A stretch of 64,000 bases of DNA from Paramecium tetraurelia (taxonomy: Eukaryota): positions 1-64,000 of the forward strand of contig CT867991.1 in assembly GCA_000165425.1 (NCBI GenBank). Direction: 5' to 3'. The position numbers were made by a program, and so were the translations under genes. This document shows positions 26,660-39,889 of the stretch, in pieces; positions within the stretch are counted from its first letter, which is position 1, and every line of letters starts with the position of its first letter. The notes below the pieces were generated by a model, which was not told the origin of the DNA, did no database searches, and worked only from the letters and a program-made list of their open reading frames with translations.

Positions 26660-28953
26660 TCACTATTTCCTTTACACTGAACTGAGGGGCCTAACCTTTG
26701 ACAATATTCTATTTTGAGATTCTATAACGACTCTGGTTTAATTGTATTTTCTACTTTCCATATTATATTTTTATTGAGCATCATCACGTTCTTAATGAAA
26801 TCTAAAAAGTTGAAAATATACCTCTTTAAACCTGAGCTATTTGTTATTTGAATTTATCTGAATTTACAGTTATTTAATCTTGAAGTTCTTTGATCATTTC
26901 TCTTAATTTATTTGCATATGCCCTTACAGTACTAAAATCCATGGACATAAAGTTTATAGAATCCAATTAATTGTAATCAATTTCTAAGATAATCTAACTT
27001 TATGATTATCTTAATTATTTGGTAGCTGTTTTAATTGTTTTTTCTATAGTTGATGCCTTTTTAGTCAAGGTAGCTGTAACACTATTAGTTTCTAGAAAAT
27101 GAAATAAGCTGTATATACTAAAGATTATACTTTTTATGTTTGACTTTATTTGGCAGATTAGGTTTGTCTTATTTAGGGATACTAAACGACTTTAATCCTC
27201 CACTATATCCTCCTGTTTCAATTTTATCAATTACTTTTCCTTGTTTGGTAATAATATCGTATAAATCTAATAATTCTTCAACAATTTCATTAATTTAGGA
27301 TCTATAAAATATACAAGAGGATACTTCTTTTTCTCTCTGTATTTCTTGAATTAAATAAGAAAGTTTTCAATTTCTTAGACTTTAGCGCTTAGCTTTTACT
27401 CATACTAAAATTTATAATGATCCAATGATTTATAATATTCAGCTTTAATAATCTCTAGACCTTTATTAAATTCCTTTTCAATTTCTGTTTTGATTTACTT
27501 TTTCAATTCTTGAAGCTTTTGATTTTCAACATTTTTTGTCTAAGCTGTTTAAGGAAGATTGAGAATAGAAGCAACTTTGTCTTCTAGTAGGTTTTTAGAT
27601 TCATCTTGTAATTTTTTAATAAATTAATCTCTATCTTAAGATAACAATCGAATTGCATCATCTCCACTCATTTTAGACAATTATAATTAGTCTTTCAATT
27701 TTTTATTAATTTCTTTTTGTTCCAAGACTTGTTATTAATATCTTTCCAATTTAGTATGGGTATCCTTTTTCAAATCTTCAATATCCTTCTTTAATTGCGC
27801 ATTTTCATAATAATATTCTTCGATTTATTATGACAAACTGACATTTTTTAATAAAGCTTCTTATTGGTTTTTGAAGATGGTGACATCCTTTGCATTTTTA
27901 GCAGAGAGCCTTTCTAAGTCAATATCCAACCCTAAAAGTCTTTGTAACTCTAGAAATCTCTTCTTTCTATCAGCATTTAATTATTCAACTTTAATTTTAT
28001 ATTCTTCAATTTCATCTTTCAATTTCTTGATTTCTTTCTCTTATTATATGTTAACCTAAGAATCAAAGCCTAACATAGATTATTATTTTTTAATCGTAGC
28101 CTATATATTTTTCGTTCGATCTAAATATTGAAGTGTCAATAAACATTCCTCATAATTTGATTAACTAGGATTAATTGTTCCAATTAACACAACCTGTGTG
28201 TTATTTTCAATTATTAATGCTGAGGTTAATTTGGATTCTTTTTTTGGTAATATTTTATTTGGATTTTGATTGAAAGAATTTAAGCAGCGATTAAGTACTT
28301 AATGACTAGCAGTAATCAAGATAGCTTCCTAAAATTTTTCGCCTTCAGTTATATTTTTTGCGACCCTTTCAGATCCTGCTAAATCTACAAACTATAACTT
28401 AGTATTGGAATTGATCTCCAATGTGAGTATAATATGAGTTCTCATTTATCTTTTGATATCAGTGCTTCTTAGAATTTTGATCATATCCCAAAAATCATTG
28501 ATTAACAATATTTATCGCTTTGTGAATTCCTCTGTGATCAAATTTGTATTTAAATCTCTTATTTAATTCACATAGATCTCTTGAAATGACACCTAAACAT
28601 TCAATCCTTTTTGGAGTATCTATTAAATCAATAGAGGAACGATTCCTGGATGTTGAACATTTCCAAATAAGGAGTAACTTTTACCACCACCGGATTGTCC
28701 ATAAGATATTATACATCCATTCTTATTCTCATAATCAAAATTAAAGACACTTTCGAACAATTCCTATTATGTTGAGGAGGATGGGAAAATCTTGTCATAA
28801 CGATATTATTGCCATTCAGCCTATTTATATGTTGGATCCTGCCATTATTTTCATTACAAATACCTTAATAGAGATAACATTCTAATCTATACTTAGCATA
28901 GATTGATCATATTCAATTGGTCTCACTCTCAAATAAACTTTATAATTATTCAT
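26660..28953 (-). CDS. Divergent kinesin (N-terminal motor, long coiled-coil stalk)
   Basis: KVYLRVRP; YDKIF; P-loop YGQSGGGKSYSL; SFQEIY; switch II FVDLAGSER; KESKLT; INPS..YEECLLTLQY; then coiled coil; TGA 26662-26660. Confidence 0.9.
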
Positions 28954-28958
28954 ATAAA

Positions 28959-29695
28959 TCAGTATATACCAAACTCTCCTGGTATTTAATATTTCCCCGG
29001 TCCTGGTGTACTGCTCTATTTACTGCTAAATCTCTCCTCCTTCGAGAACTTGGGTACATAGCAATTTGACCAATTTGAATTCACATAACTTGCAGACAAC
29101 TCTGTTTTCGGTCTATATTATTATGGACCTGGAATGCAATCAGGCGTTCGGCTAGTTCTTCCTGATACTGGATGGTAAATTACTGATTAAGAGTGCTCCT
29201 TATACTAAATATCATATTTTCCTGGACCTGGAGAACATGTTTCATCCTCTACTATTTGTTATTTCATATACTCATTGCAATTTTTTGACCAAAATGTGGT
29301 ATTCTTTCTTTTTTAATTATGCTAGATGCAATATTATATTTCCCAACAGATGGCATATCATTCTTTTGTTTAAAATACGTTCTCCCAATACCCATTGTGT
29401 GTTTTTGTAAATTTGATGATGTTTTCTCTTTCTCTAATTTATATGAACCAGGACCTGGAGTTTTATCACTCAATTTTGAGAAATCTACTTTTGTTCCCAG
29501 TCCAAAAGAAACTCCTTTATTGGGAGAACCAATTGTGCCTTTTATCTCATAAAATGAAGTTGAATTTTATTCATGCTTAACTTTATAATTGAACCGAGGA
29601 GATTTCGAAAATGAATAAAGCTATTTGCTAGTTGAATTATTAAGTGGATTCATTTTCACTTATTTGAAATTCTCATCTGTTTTGCTATTAAGCAT
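28959..29695 (-). CDS. STPG/ODF3 (SHIPPO, PGP-repeat) microtubule-associated protein
   Basis: Repeats TPGPGSY, MPSVGKY, SPGPGKY, IPGPQQY, STPGPGKY with FSKSPRF/FSKEERF; one 23-nt intron; ends PGEFGIY*. Confidence 0.9.
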
Positions 29696-30318
29696 TTTTA
29701 TATTCAAATAAAATTATTTAATAAATTATATAATACAGAATATTATATTTGATGACAAAGAAGTCAAATCAATCATATTTATTTAATTTCCTATTTACAA
29801 TTTTTCATTTTGTTTCATAATATTCTGTATTTCCTTTTATTTGCAATAGAAATAGATTAAATATTGGTTTCCAAAAGTTTATTGAAAACTGAATACAAAG
29901 TTTGTATTATTTTTATTTCAGATAAATTTTGATAAATGTATTGTTAGTACTAAATTATCAGGTTAATCACACATAATTTAAAGATATCTAATTTTTTAAG
30001 AATTTTTTATCCTGATTTAATATGCATTCATAAAAAGCTTATTAGAAAAGACTGAATAAGGTAAAGACCTAAATAATATGGCAGTGATTATTCTTTAATG
30101 CATATTACAAATTTCAATATATTGAATAGGTTAGATTTCAAACGGATTTTACACAAGATACATGAATAAACTAGATAATGTCATCGAATGTCGTTAGTCT
30201 AGAATTTCACCGATTGGGGAGGTTGAATGATTATATATATAAATTGGATAATTTGCTAATTCATTTTATAAAGTATTCGTTTTTAAGGAGAATCGAAAAG
30301 CATTAATATTTATATATT

Positions 30319-32395
30319 ATGAAGACAATTCTGCTTATTTTATTGAGTGTGCAGATCTTGCTGGCTCAGGATCCATGGGTAACCCATTACACAGCATTTA
30401 CATCAGCAGAAATAAATGATTTGGATGGTAAAGAGTGATAATTATGCTTAGGTTGGGTTGTAAAGAAGGCATTTAAGGGAAACACCTTTAGCAAATGTGA
30501 CAAAGTGAGTTTGGTTGGTGGTTATGGCGCATTTGGAAAAGGGGCAACAGCATTAAAATAATTGAATCTTCCTCCCCATTATAAATTAAAGATTAATGTG
30601 CAGTTATGGAAGTAAATTTAATTTATATAATTAAACCTCTAGAATTGACAGTTGGGATAATGAAATTATGTTTGTTTTGGTTGATGGTTTCATATGGCAA
30701 GCTAAATGGCATTATTCAGAAGGAGCAAATTTATGTGGTGCAGCAAATGACTGGAAAGAAGCCTTTTACAACATCGAATTTGAAGTTCCACACAATTCAC
30801 CAACAGTAAGTATAGTTTTTGACCTCAAATTTGGATGAAGATGCTTTGAATGTAAAATTCACTTTATAAAATAGGAATCTTGGGCATTCAGAGATTTCAA
30901 ATTGTCATTCCAAAGATGTCATTCAGAATGTGCAGTTTGTGGAGATAATAAGCCAGACAATTGTTTCTTTTGGACAAATGTAGCTACTAATTGGAATAAA
31001 TAAATTTCATTAGAAGGATGGACATTGGATGGAGAAGGAAAAGCTGAATCAAATGAATGTGCAGGAGTACAACTCTTTGGTGGTTTTGGGAAATTAGGAA
31101 GAAAGGCAAATTTGTGGAAGAGATTCACAAATTTACCACCTCACTATTAAGTCAAGGTGAAAGTTTAAATGTGGAAGATTGATTCTTGGGATAACGAGTT
31201 GTTCTTAATGGAAATTGATGACTAAGAGAAATTCAGACAAGCATTTGCTTATAATGAAGGAGTAGATCTCTGTGGTGTTGATACAGGTGCTAAATAAGGA
31301 GAAGGATGGGCTGAAAAGATAGTTAATATTGAAATTAATGTCCCTCACAAATTCCCTGAAGTCAAAGTTTTAATGAAATCTACATTGGATGAACCACCTG
31401 AGAATGAATCATGGGGAGTCAGAGACTTCTAATTATTTGCTGCCCAATGTTTCAAAGGATGTACCGGTTGTACTGGACCAGCTAAATCTGATTGTACTTC
31501 ATGTGGATAAGGTTTCGATCTTGTCAATGGTGAATGCAAAGAAGGAAGTAATTAAATAGATATATAAATTGATTAGTTAAATGGATGACATTGAACAGAT
31601 TCTTCTTTAATGATGAATAAGATTTCTAAGGATTGTATGATTGGGTTCCATCAAATGTATTCTAAAATTAAAATCCATTTTCAACATGTGGATAAAAGAA
31701 ATTGTTCGGTGGTTATCAAAGATTTGGTGCCAAGGGTAAGGCTGAGAGAAACTTCAATCTTCCCAAACATTCAAGACTCAGAATACAATTCTAATTCTGG
31801 AAGATAGATTCATGGGATGATGAGAAATTCTAACTCTTCGTTGATGGCAAGGTTGTCTTTGAAAGATCATTCGGATTCAGTACTCCAGGACAAGCCAAAA
31901 TTTGCGGAGCTCCTTAAAGCACTTGGATGACTTATTTCTTCAATGTTGATGTCATTCTTGAACACACTAATCCTACTGCAAATGTTGTCTTGAGTTCTAC
32001 ATTAGATTAAGCTGCTGATGATGAATCATGGGGTTTCAGAGAATTCTAAATCCTTTATGAATTAAAAGAAGATTGTGTTGAATTGTATACTGAATGTGGA
32101 TTCAAGGGAACCAAATTTGATGTCTGCAGAGACACTCCATCCCTTGCTAGAGTAATCATCCATTTCAATATCTTTTTAGGAAAAGATCAGTCAAGTTAAA
32201 TCAATCAAGATTCCTCCCGGAGTTGTCGTCTAAGGTTTTGATGAAGAGGTTTACAAAGGAAAGACTGTGAAGTTTTCATAAAGTTAAGATTGCTTAGAAG
32301 AAATCTAATTTTCTTTCATCCAAAAAAAGTTTGAAATCATCTAAGCTGATGATTCTGTCCTTGCTGCAAATTTAAGACGCATCAGATTTGATTGA
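30319..32395 (+). CDS. Secreted protein with three LPxH..WKIDSWD..ESW domains and a C-terminal beta/gamma-crystallin-like domain (PCM/granule-tip-like family)
   Basis: Signal peptide MKTILLILLSVQILLA; LPPHY..WKIDSWDNE twice and LPKHS..WKIDSWDDE; Cys linkers; C-terminal VELYTECGFKG..VKSIKIPPG..FDEEVYKG; about five tiny introns; many C-ending codons. Confidence 0.85.
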
Positions 32396-32466
32396 TTTTA
32401 TAATCATAAGACATAATTATTTCTTGCAAAAGTCGTTCGCTTTATATTTATTATTATTTTATTTAT

Positions 32467-34240
32467 ATGTAAATTGATTAAAGTGTAATAGTTGATGGAT
32501 AAAATATTTAACAGCTCTCTGATATCTCCAAATGTCTGCTAGCTATTCCTGATGTAATTAATATCAATGTAAACTATTTTTGCATCTTATTTAGCTTACT
32601 TTCCTAAACATCTCCTAATTTACTTATTCTGCCAAATTAAATAACTAAATAAATTCCGACATCAAATTGTAACTAAATATAACCATATTTCAAGTAATAA
32701 CTCATTAACTTTGACTGAATCACAAAAAAATTATTATTCCGTTTTCAAACAACAACTAAATGCAGAAAGTCAATTATACAATAATTTACAGTTCACTTGG
32801 TTGTAATCAAATAAAAAATCTTAATGTAATTTTAGCTTCTTAATTTAAGCTCAGCACCCAAATCAATCTAAACTGATAAGTAAAAAGAAATGGTAAATTG
32901 TAGCCGAAATTCTTAAATTGGAATAAAATTTGTATTAAATTGATTTCCTATATAGAAAAAATCTGATGGACTCTTGTCTAATCAAATATTCAATAGCAAA
33001 ATATAATCAGCTCCTTTGACAGCTCCATTCTCTGCTCGCAACTCCATTATAATGTGTTAAAGTGAAATCTAATCATCAAATGATTAAAAAATGAATGATC
33101 AATCTGATCAATACGACAAATATAGGTGGATCCATTAAGTACCATAAAATATCATTAATAAAAATTATAAAACACCTTCTACTCAAAAAGGATAGAAACA
33201 AAGATATTTTGTATAAGACTACTCTTAATTACACCCTAATCCATATTACGATCCAATATACATTTAAAACCAGTTTCAAACTAATAGCTAAATAAATACA
33301 GATATCAAATATTAAAAAAATAAAAGCAGGAACTTAAATCAGAATGTTTATTAAAGCTAAAATGCTAATCAAAACTCTGGTTTTAAATTATTAACCAAAT
33401 AGCAAAAAGCATCAACAATTAGTAATAAGCCAAAAGATGGTCACGTTATCATTACTTTACCTTAAACTAAAAAGAAGTTCGATAGTGTCTCTTAAAAATA
33501 GAGGTAGCAAACTAAAAGTTTAGATTAAATTAAAATAAATGATCATTTCAAAAGATTACTACAAACTTAAGAGTCAAGAGAGTTATATTCAAAACCATTC
33601 TTTTATTCTTAATATTCAAAAATATTGAAGATTCCAGCATAATCCTCTTCAGAGAAATATATATAAACTTTATACAAGCCTGTTACCAAATAGAGGATTA
33701 AATAGAGAGGAGATTTATCTCTAGAATAGAATCAAAATTACTCTTATGATCACCCTCAATAATAATATTATTCAGATGATAGTTTTGAGGGTAAGGCCTA
33801 AAACGTCAAGAAGGTAGACCTATATGAATTGGCTTAAGAGAGGTAATCAAATCGAGATTAGTCGTAAAATAACTCAAATTTGAATTCACAGGAAAATTGT
33901 AAGAATTAATACTAGGAGAGTCCTCCATAGAACTCTCAGTATTATTAAATGGCTCTTTAATCCAGTTAATATTATTAAAATTCTCATGATATAGAAGAAT
34001 AAAATCGAGATTCGAATATTTAAGAGTACTCAAACTTTCATTATTTCTAAGATAATAATCAATTTTCATAAAATCCTTTTGCTCAAACATCAAAGAAACC
34101 AATTTAAATTAAATTAAATATAAAGGAATTTATTGCCTCCGAATAGCAATAGAAATCCTCTCCTATGTCTTGTATTTAATTTATTTATACTAGCTAATTT
34201 GACTTAACAAAAAATAAACAACTAAAAAACTCATAGATGA
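32467..34240 (+). CDS. Hypothetical Q/N-rich low-complexity protein
   Basis: Long TGA-free frames rich in TAA/TAG/CAA, separated by tiny introns; 5' exons not fully resolved; ends ..NQKTHR* after a 22-nt intron. Confidence 0.55.
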
Positions 34241-34676
34241 CGTATATGCTTAATGAGATAATAAAGTAGATATTATAAATTATTGTTTATATACTATATC
34301 CAAGATTTTACTATTAATATAAATATTATTTTTACAATTCTAAATAGATATCACACCATATCAACAAGCAAATTGCTTAAAATAAGAATAGAGGCTATTA
34401 GGTATATATGAATTCACAGAATTAGTTAAATAGATTAGAATAGATGTAAACTTAGAGTCTTAGGTTGTCCTGATGATGATACAAGGGGAAATGAAGTAAA
34501 TAATATATATATGTGTGTTGCTTACAACCTTTGAAGTGGAGGTCCTTATATTTATGTTAATTATAAGTTCATTAGTTTAATATTAAATTACGATAATTTT
34601 ATTGAATTAAAATTATAATTCAATCAGTAAAATATATAAAGTTCATGTATGAAAATAAGTATTCTGGCAAAAATAA

Positions 34677-35404
34677 TCATGAATTTAGTATCTATTGGAC
34701 ATTAAATTACCCTGAATGTTCATCTTGTTGATTCAATTTCACTTTTTTCATCACGGAAGAGCTATCTTCTTATTTTTGTTCTTTTTGTATCTGTGGCTGT
34801 CTGTAGAGTTCTTTATGGTAAGCATCAAGTTATTTCATAAAGCCCATATTGGGTTGGGCAATTCTTCGCTTCGATTGAAGGAGTTTTAGAGCTTGGAGAG
34901 GGGTCATTTATAGATATTTTATTAAATAAGCAATAACAAAGGAAGCAGACCTAGATTTACCAGCAAAACTTTAAATACATATGTAAAATACCAATGAATT
35001 AGTATATTTTACTTGTTTTTGATAGCAGAATGAATGAATTCATTAGCCATCTCAAACTTGGACTTGATTTCTTAATCTACACTGTCGTTGATATTAATGA
35101 GAAGAGATTTAAAATCTTCTGCCTAATATGGGAATATTGGCATTTCACACACACTTAAAATATGGGTTATTTAAGCTGTAATTTAAACATTTTATATACT
35201 TTCATAGAGTTTATTTTTATTCAAAACTGTTCCCAAACATCCTATATATAGATTTGGTATGACCAAATTTGGCGAACTATCTTCTTTCAGTTGTTTTACA
35301 ACTAAAAATACCTTAACTTTCTCTAGAATTGCTTTGACATTCAACTCTTCTGGAAAATCCGCCATTTCATCGCGAGCATCGAAATGTTCCATTGAACTTT
35401 TCAT
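34677..35404 (-). CDS. Dual-specificity protein phosphatase
   Basis: IPNLYIG; ITHILSV; INDSVDQEI; catalytic HCFAGKSRS (Cys codon split by a 23-nt intron); IAYLIK; AQPNMGFMKQL. Confidence 0.95.
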
Positions 35405-36160
35405 TGAATAATGTTTAAGATTTTTCTTAATTTATGAAATTTAATTAATTAGTTAGAAGAAAATATATATTTCATTTTTGAATCATTTTATTCTATCTTT
35501 CAATGATTCATTTATTTTCTCAAAATATTGTTATATAGAATATTGATTATCTGAGTTTTAATTGATAAAATTATGTCTTAATAAGATAGAGAGTTTTATC
35601 CTGCTTGCTATTAATCGATATCAAAATGCAAACTATCAAAAACTGAGATATATTACATCATCATTAAGATCAGAATGAATTAAGGATTCCTCATTTATAT
35701 TGATTCATATAAATCATTTTCCAAAATTCCGATAAAATGATTAATCAGGAATCAACTATTTTACAATACACTATAAAATTGGAGTTCTGAATTATTACTT
35801 ATAAAATCCCTTTTATATGGTAAATATTGTGTTCTTTATTAGATATTTAATTGGTCAATAAAATGGCATGGTTGTTATTCTTGGGAGTGGGATGGAAAAA
35901 GCAAAAATTTGATATATTGAGGCTGATTATGTTCATCTACATTTTTTCATTAGAATAAAGTTATATTTGAAGAAAATAATGTTTAAATTTTATTTTGATT
36001 GAATCAAATTATCAAATATAAAAAATAAAATTAATTGCAAACCTTAATAAATATAAATAGGGTGAATTAATTGTTTGAACCTTTTGATGGATTCAATAAT
36101 CATACTTATGAAAATATAATATAAAAGTAATCCAAAAATATAATAATAATTAAATAAAAT

Positions 36161-36925
36161 TCATCTTTTAGTATAAGTGCTAGTAAAGATAAGATATGAT
36201 TAGTTTACTTGTGTCTAAGAGTGCCAAGTCCTGCTTATTGAATGACTTTATTAGTTCTATCGAGCTTCTCCGATTTCTACTTGTTAAAGAGGGGTTTTTG
36301 CTGCATTGTTGCTGAATCAATGGTGTATTGTTTCTTCAAATGAGGAGTTTAATGATGTTGTGTATATTGAGTAGTCACTTCTGGTGAGAACTAGGGAAAT
36401 CTAAAAACTCAATGAATGATACTCAAACAATTATTTTTTGTCTGGAACAAAACTGTGAGTGAGAGCATATCTATCAACACTCATTTATTGACGTAGTTAT
36501 CCCAACATGGTTTTAGGAATGGCAACAATTTCATATTCATCCATATCAATCTAATTGAAATCTGGTTGTATTCTTAATTGCAGTTGTTTGAGTGAGTTGT
36601 TGGGATCATCAAATTGAGGTTATTACTTAGATGCAATTTAAGTAGATTTGATCACTTAATTCCCAGCATTAGAAAATTTTTAGGAATATTTGGTTGAGTT
36701 TTTTTATTTGGGAGATACCTGAATGTTGGTAAAGACATGAGATTTGGATTCTCTGATTCCTTCAGTGTAGAGACTTGTTTATTTTTTTGTAGGGGAGGAA
36801 TCTTCATTTTCCTAATAATACTGATTGCTTTTGACAATCGGTAAGGAGGGTTTATTCACCATGGCTATGACTCCGTCTTTATTCATCACTGTCATCTTTC
36901 CCTTAAATCGAGATTTAAAATCCAT
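36161..36925 (-). CDS. Hypothetical protein
   Basis: MDFKSRFKGKMTVMNKDGVIAMVNKPSLP.. open in the ciliate code; introns of 22 and 29 nt; TGA 36163-36161. Confidence 0.75.
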
Positions 36926-36964
36926 TAATCAATATATTTTAATAAATAATTATAATCGTCTAAA

Positions 36965-38249
36965 ATGAATCAATTTTATGGAAATTCTTTTAACCTGGAT
37001 GACCCTTCCACTGTACAATAATTTCTCTATCTAGGGAGTTAATCATTCTCTTCACTTCAACCCAAAAGCAACAAAACATTTCTCTAATACAATAACTGTT
37101 AAACAAGAAGTGAATGAGTAAAATTTACAATGTAATATATATCTCTTCTTATCCATTGTTCATGGCATCAAACGATTGAATAAACTATTTGTTTAGACCT
37201 GCTTCAACAGAGATCAGTTCCTCCATTTATTTGACACTTAACAATACTCCCTCTTACTTTACAAAGTTCTCTAAATTGTAAATCAATATTTCAACGATGA
37301 CAACACAAAGATTCAATATGAAAAACACGCAATAAATAAGTCATGGCACTCCTCTGACCAAAAACCATATCAACCCCAACCATAGCCTCTACAAACACAA
37401 AACAATAGCGATAAGTTTTAATAGATGATCAAGAAAATTATTTCAACTGATTTAGATCCGTTAAAATCATTGATTCATAAAGTTCAGGATTAAAATCGAA
37501 CTTATTAATATTCATAAACCAAAGTTAATAATACCCCCCAAGTGTCATTCCACCAAAATGAGAAAATTATGAAATCGAGTTCTTTGAAAGATTAATTGAA
37601 AGATAAAATAGCCAAATTGACTATGTAGAATACATACCTTTGCAAGGAGAAAGTAATAAAAACCAATTCAGATTCTATTCAATATACATAAAACAATATC
37701 GCCATTAATGAATCTATGAATGAGAAGCAATTCGAAAGAGAAATAGTTTAAAAACAAAATAAAACCAACTTTGGACAACAAATTTTATTTAATAATCTAG
37801 TCCAACAAGAAGATTAACTAATGTCTTTCTAAAATAACGGTAAATAGCAAAAGACTATTCAGGAATCAATGCCGATCTTTGTTCAAAACCAAAAAACAGA
37901 TTTTGCAGTCCAAACATCAGATTAATAAATAGATGGATAATAATAAATTCAACCGAGAGGCGAAGAGTTAAAATACTACTAGAATCAAGAAGACAACACT
38001 TAAAACAATCTTCACACAAGTTGCAATGATCAGAGTGTCAAGAGACAGGAACTTACAGTGAATAGGGTAAGGTATTGTCAGGAATGCAAAAATAAAAATA
38101 AGTACAGTAATGTTGCTTCCAGTGCTTCTCCTTAAAAAAGTGATAGACGCGAAATCTATTCAATTGATTATGTGCAGCATAAAAGAAAGATTGGGAGCAC
38201 TTGTACAAATAGAAATTTCAATATTTTAACTAATGCTCAATTAGGATGA
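36965..38249 (+). CDS. Hypothetical Q-rich protein
   Basis: MNQFYGNSFNLDDPST, 22-nt intron, GVNHSLHFNPK..; ends NRNFNILTNAQLG*. Confidence 0.7.
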
Positions 38250-38285
38250 GTGAAAACAAAATAAAATTTAATTACATATTTTTTT

Positions 38286-39242
38286 ATGTCCATTTTAACC
38301 TTGTATAAGTCTAATTCTAGATCTGCTCTATCCAGAGATAAAAATGAAGGCCAATCAAAAAATACTCCTATGAAATTGATCAAATCCCAATAATAGGACA
38401 GAGAAAAACTGTACAATAGTCAAATCATGCAAAATGCCTTGATTGAATCATGCAAGAAATCTAAGGAAAACAGAATGAATTCTCCAACTTTCAAAGTGAC
38501 AGACACCATTATATAAGTATTTCTTTCATTGGATAATAGGCAAATCAAGATGCAATGGCATAAAAATCCGGGAAAAAGAAAGGTATATTTAGTGGAATAG
38601 ATTCCTAAATAGACCCTTTTAGAAATGTCCATACATCTACTAATAAGACGAATGTTAAGTTGATGATGTTTAATGATGGACATTATATGAAAAAATATCA
38701 ACAAAAATAAACAGATATGCAACAAGAAAAGAATTACAGATATTCAATAAAAGTGTTTTAACAAGAGTAGAAATAGGATGTGGCTCAAAAAAAGGTTAGG
38801 AAGAGTGTTCCAGGATAACCGGTGGCAAAGGATCCCATCTTGTCTCCAGATTCAAAGGTGGATAAAAAAGTATGAGATTGAAAATATTGAAAGCTCAGGA
38901 TTTCTTGTTCACATTAGATTGAACACAAGGAGTAGATAGAAAGTATAAAAACATATAAGCATGCAAACTCATCTTCTGGATTTCGAGGGAGTGTTCAAGA
39001 AGGTCAAAAGAATGATGTTAGTCCAATCAAGATGAGACAAAGTAATACCTACAAAAGTGAAATGAAAAATATATTAACTCAAGATGAGAACTTCTTAAAA
39101 CTTGTAATTCTTTCATTTAGATGTTTGATAGTTTTCAAGAACTGATTATAAAGGGAGTGACAATATCAAAAAGTCAAAGAAGCCTTGCTTAAAAATGGAT
39201 GTCCCAAGACCGATATCTGCATTTGCTTTTTATGAGAAGTGA
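38286..39242 (+). CDS. Hypothetical protein
   Basis: MSILTLYKSNSRSALSRDK..; tiny introns; ends KMDVPRPISAFAFYEK*. Confidence 0.7.
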
Positions 39243-39889
39243 TATAAATTTTAAATTAATTTACGTTATTGATTACTGTATACAGGTGTTGTAATACAAA
39301 AATTGAAATGACAACAGTATAAATTAGATGTTTGAGAGTGTTTTCACAATCCCAAAAAGAATTTTCCCATTTTCACATAATTATTAGATCTATCATTTTA
39401 TGTTGCTTTGAGCTCTTCCTCCCAAGAATATCATATAATAATCCTGTAAATGAGGGACCTCTTCTTTTAGAGATAATCAAATCCTCAGGGAGAGTGGAAA
39501 GGCATTCTCACCTTGAAGTGACCAATATTAATGGGTTTGGTACTTAGTAGTTGATTGCAAGAGGGCTCAAAGCTAGGAACACGATGAACTTGGCGCAACT
39601 CCATTAATGCTATCTTGTGTTAGAGGTTAAGAGATAAGGAAATGAAATGAGTCACAATGATGGTTTGGAAAATTAAAAAGATAAATAAATGCATATATGA
39701 ATTAAAGTATTGGAATTGGGTCAGGAAATGAACGGAGATTGAAGAAGATTTGGTTAGTTAGCTTGTCTTTACACTGGTGAATATAAGGGCTTAGTATTAT
39801 TTATGAAACAAATTAATTATTTTCAATAAGCATTTTCTTCATCGAATAGATAGGTTCTGGATTTGATTATATCTAGTTAGTAGCTAGCA

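Noticed and set aside
18491..29695. Functional cluster of ciliary/cytoskeletal genes (MORN3-like, tubulin, kinesin, STPG)
   Set aside because: Such genes are abundant in ciliates, are interleaved with unrelated genes and lie in mixed context; enrichment cannot be shown without a genome-wide test.
39370..39604. Antizyme-type +1 frameshift at CCC-TGA, or a selenoprotein TGA
   Set aside because: The +1 frame lasts only ~37 codons with no antizyme motifs; no CxxU/GPx-type context or recognisable SECIS.
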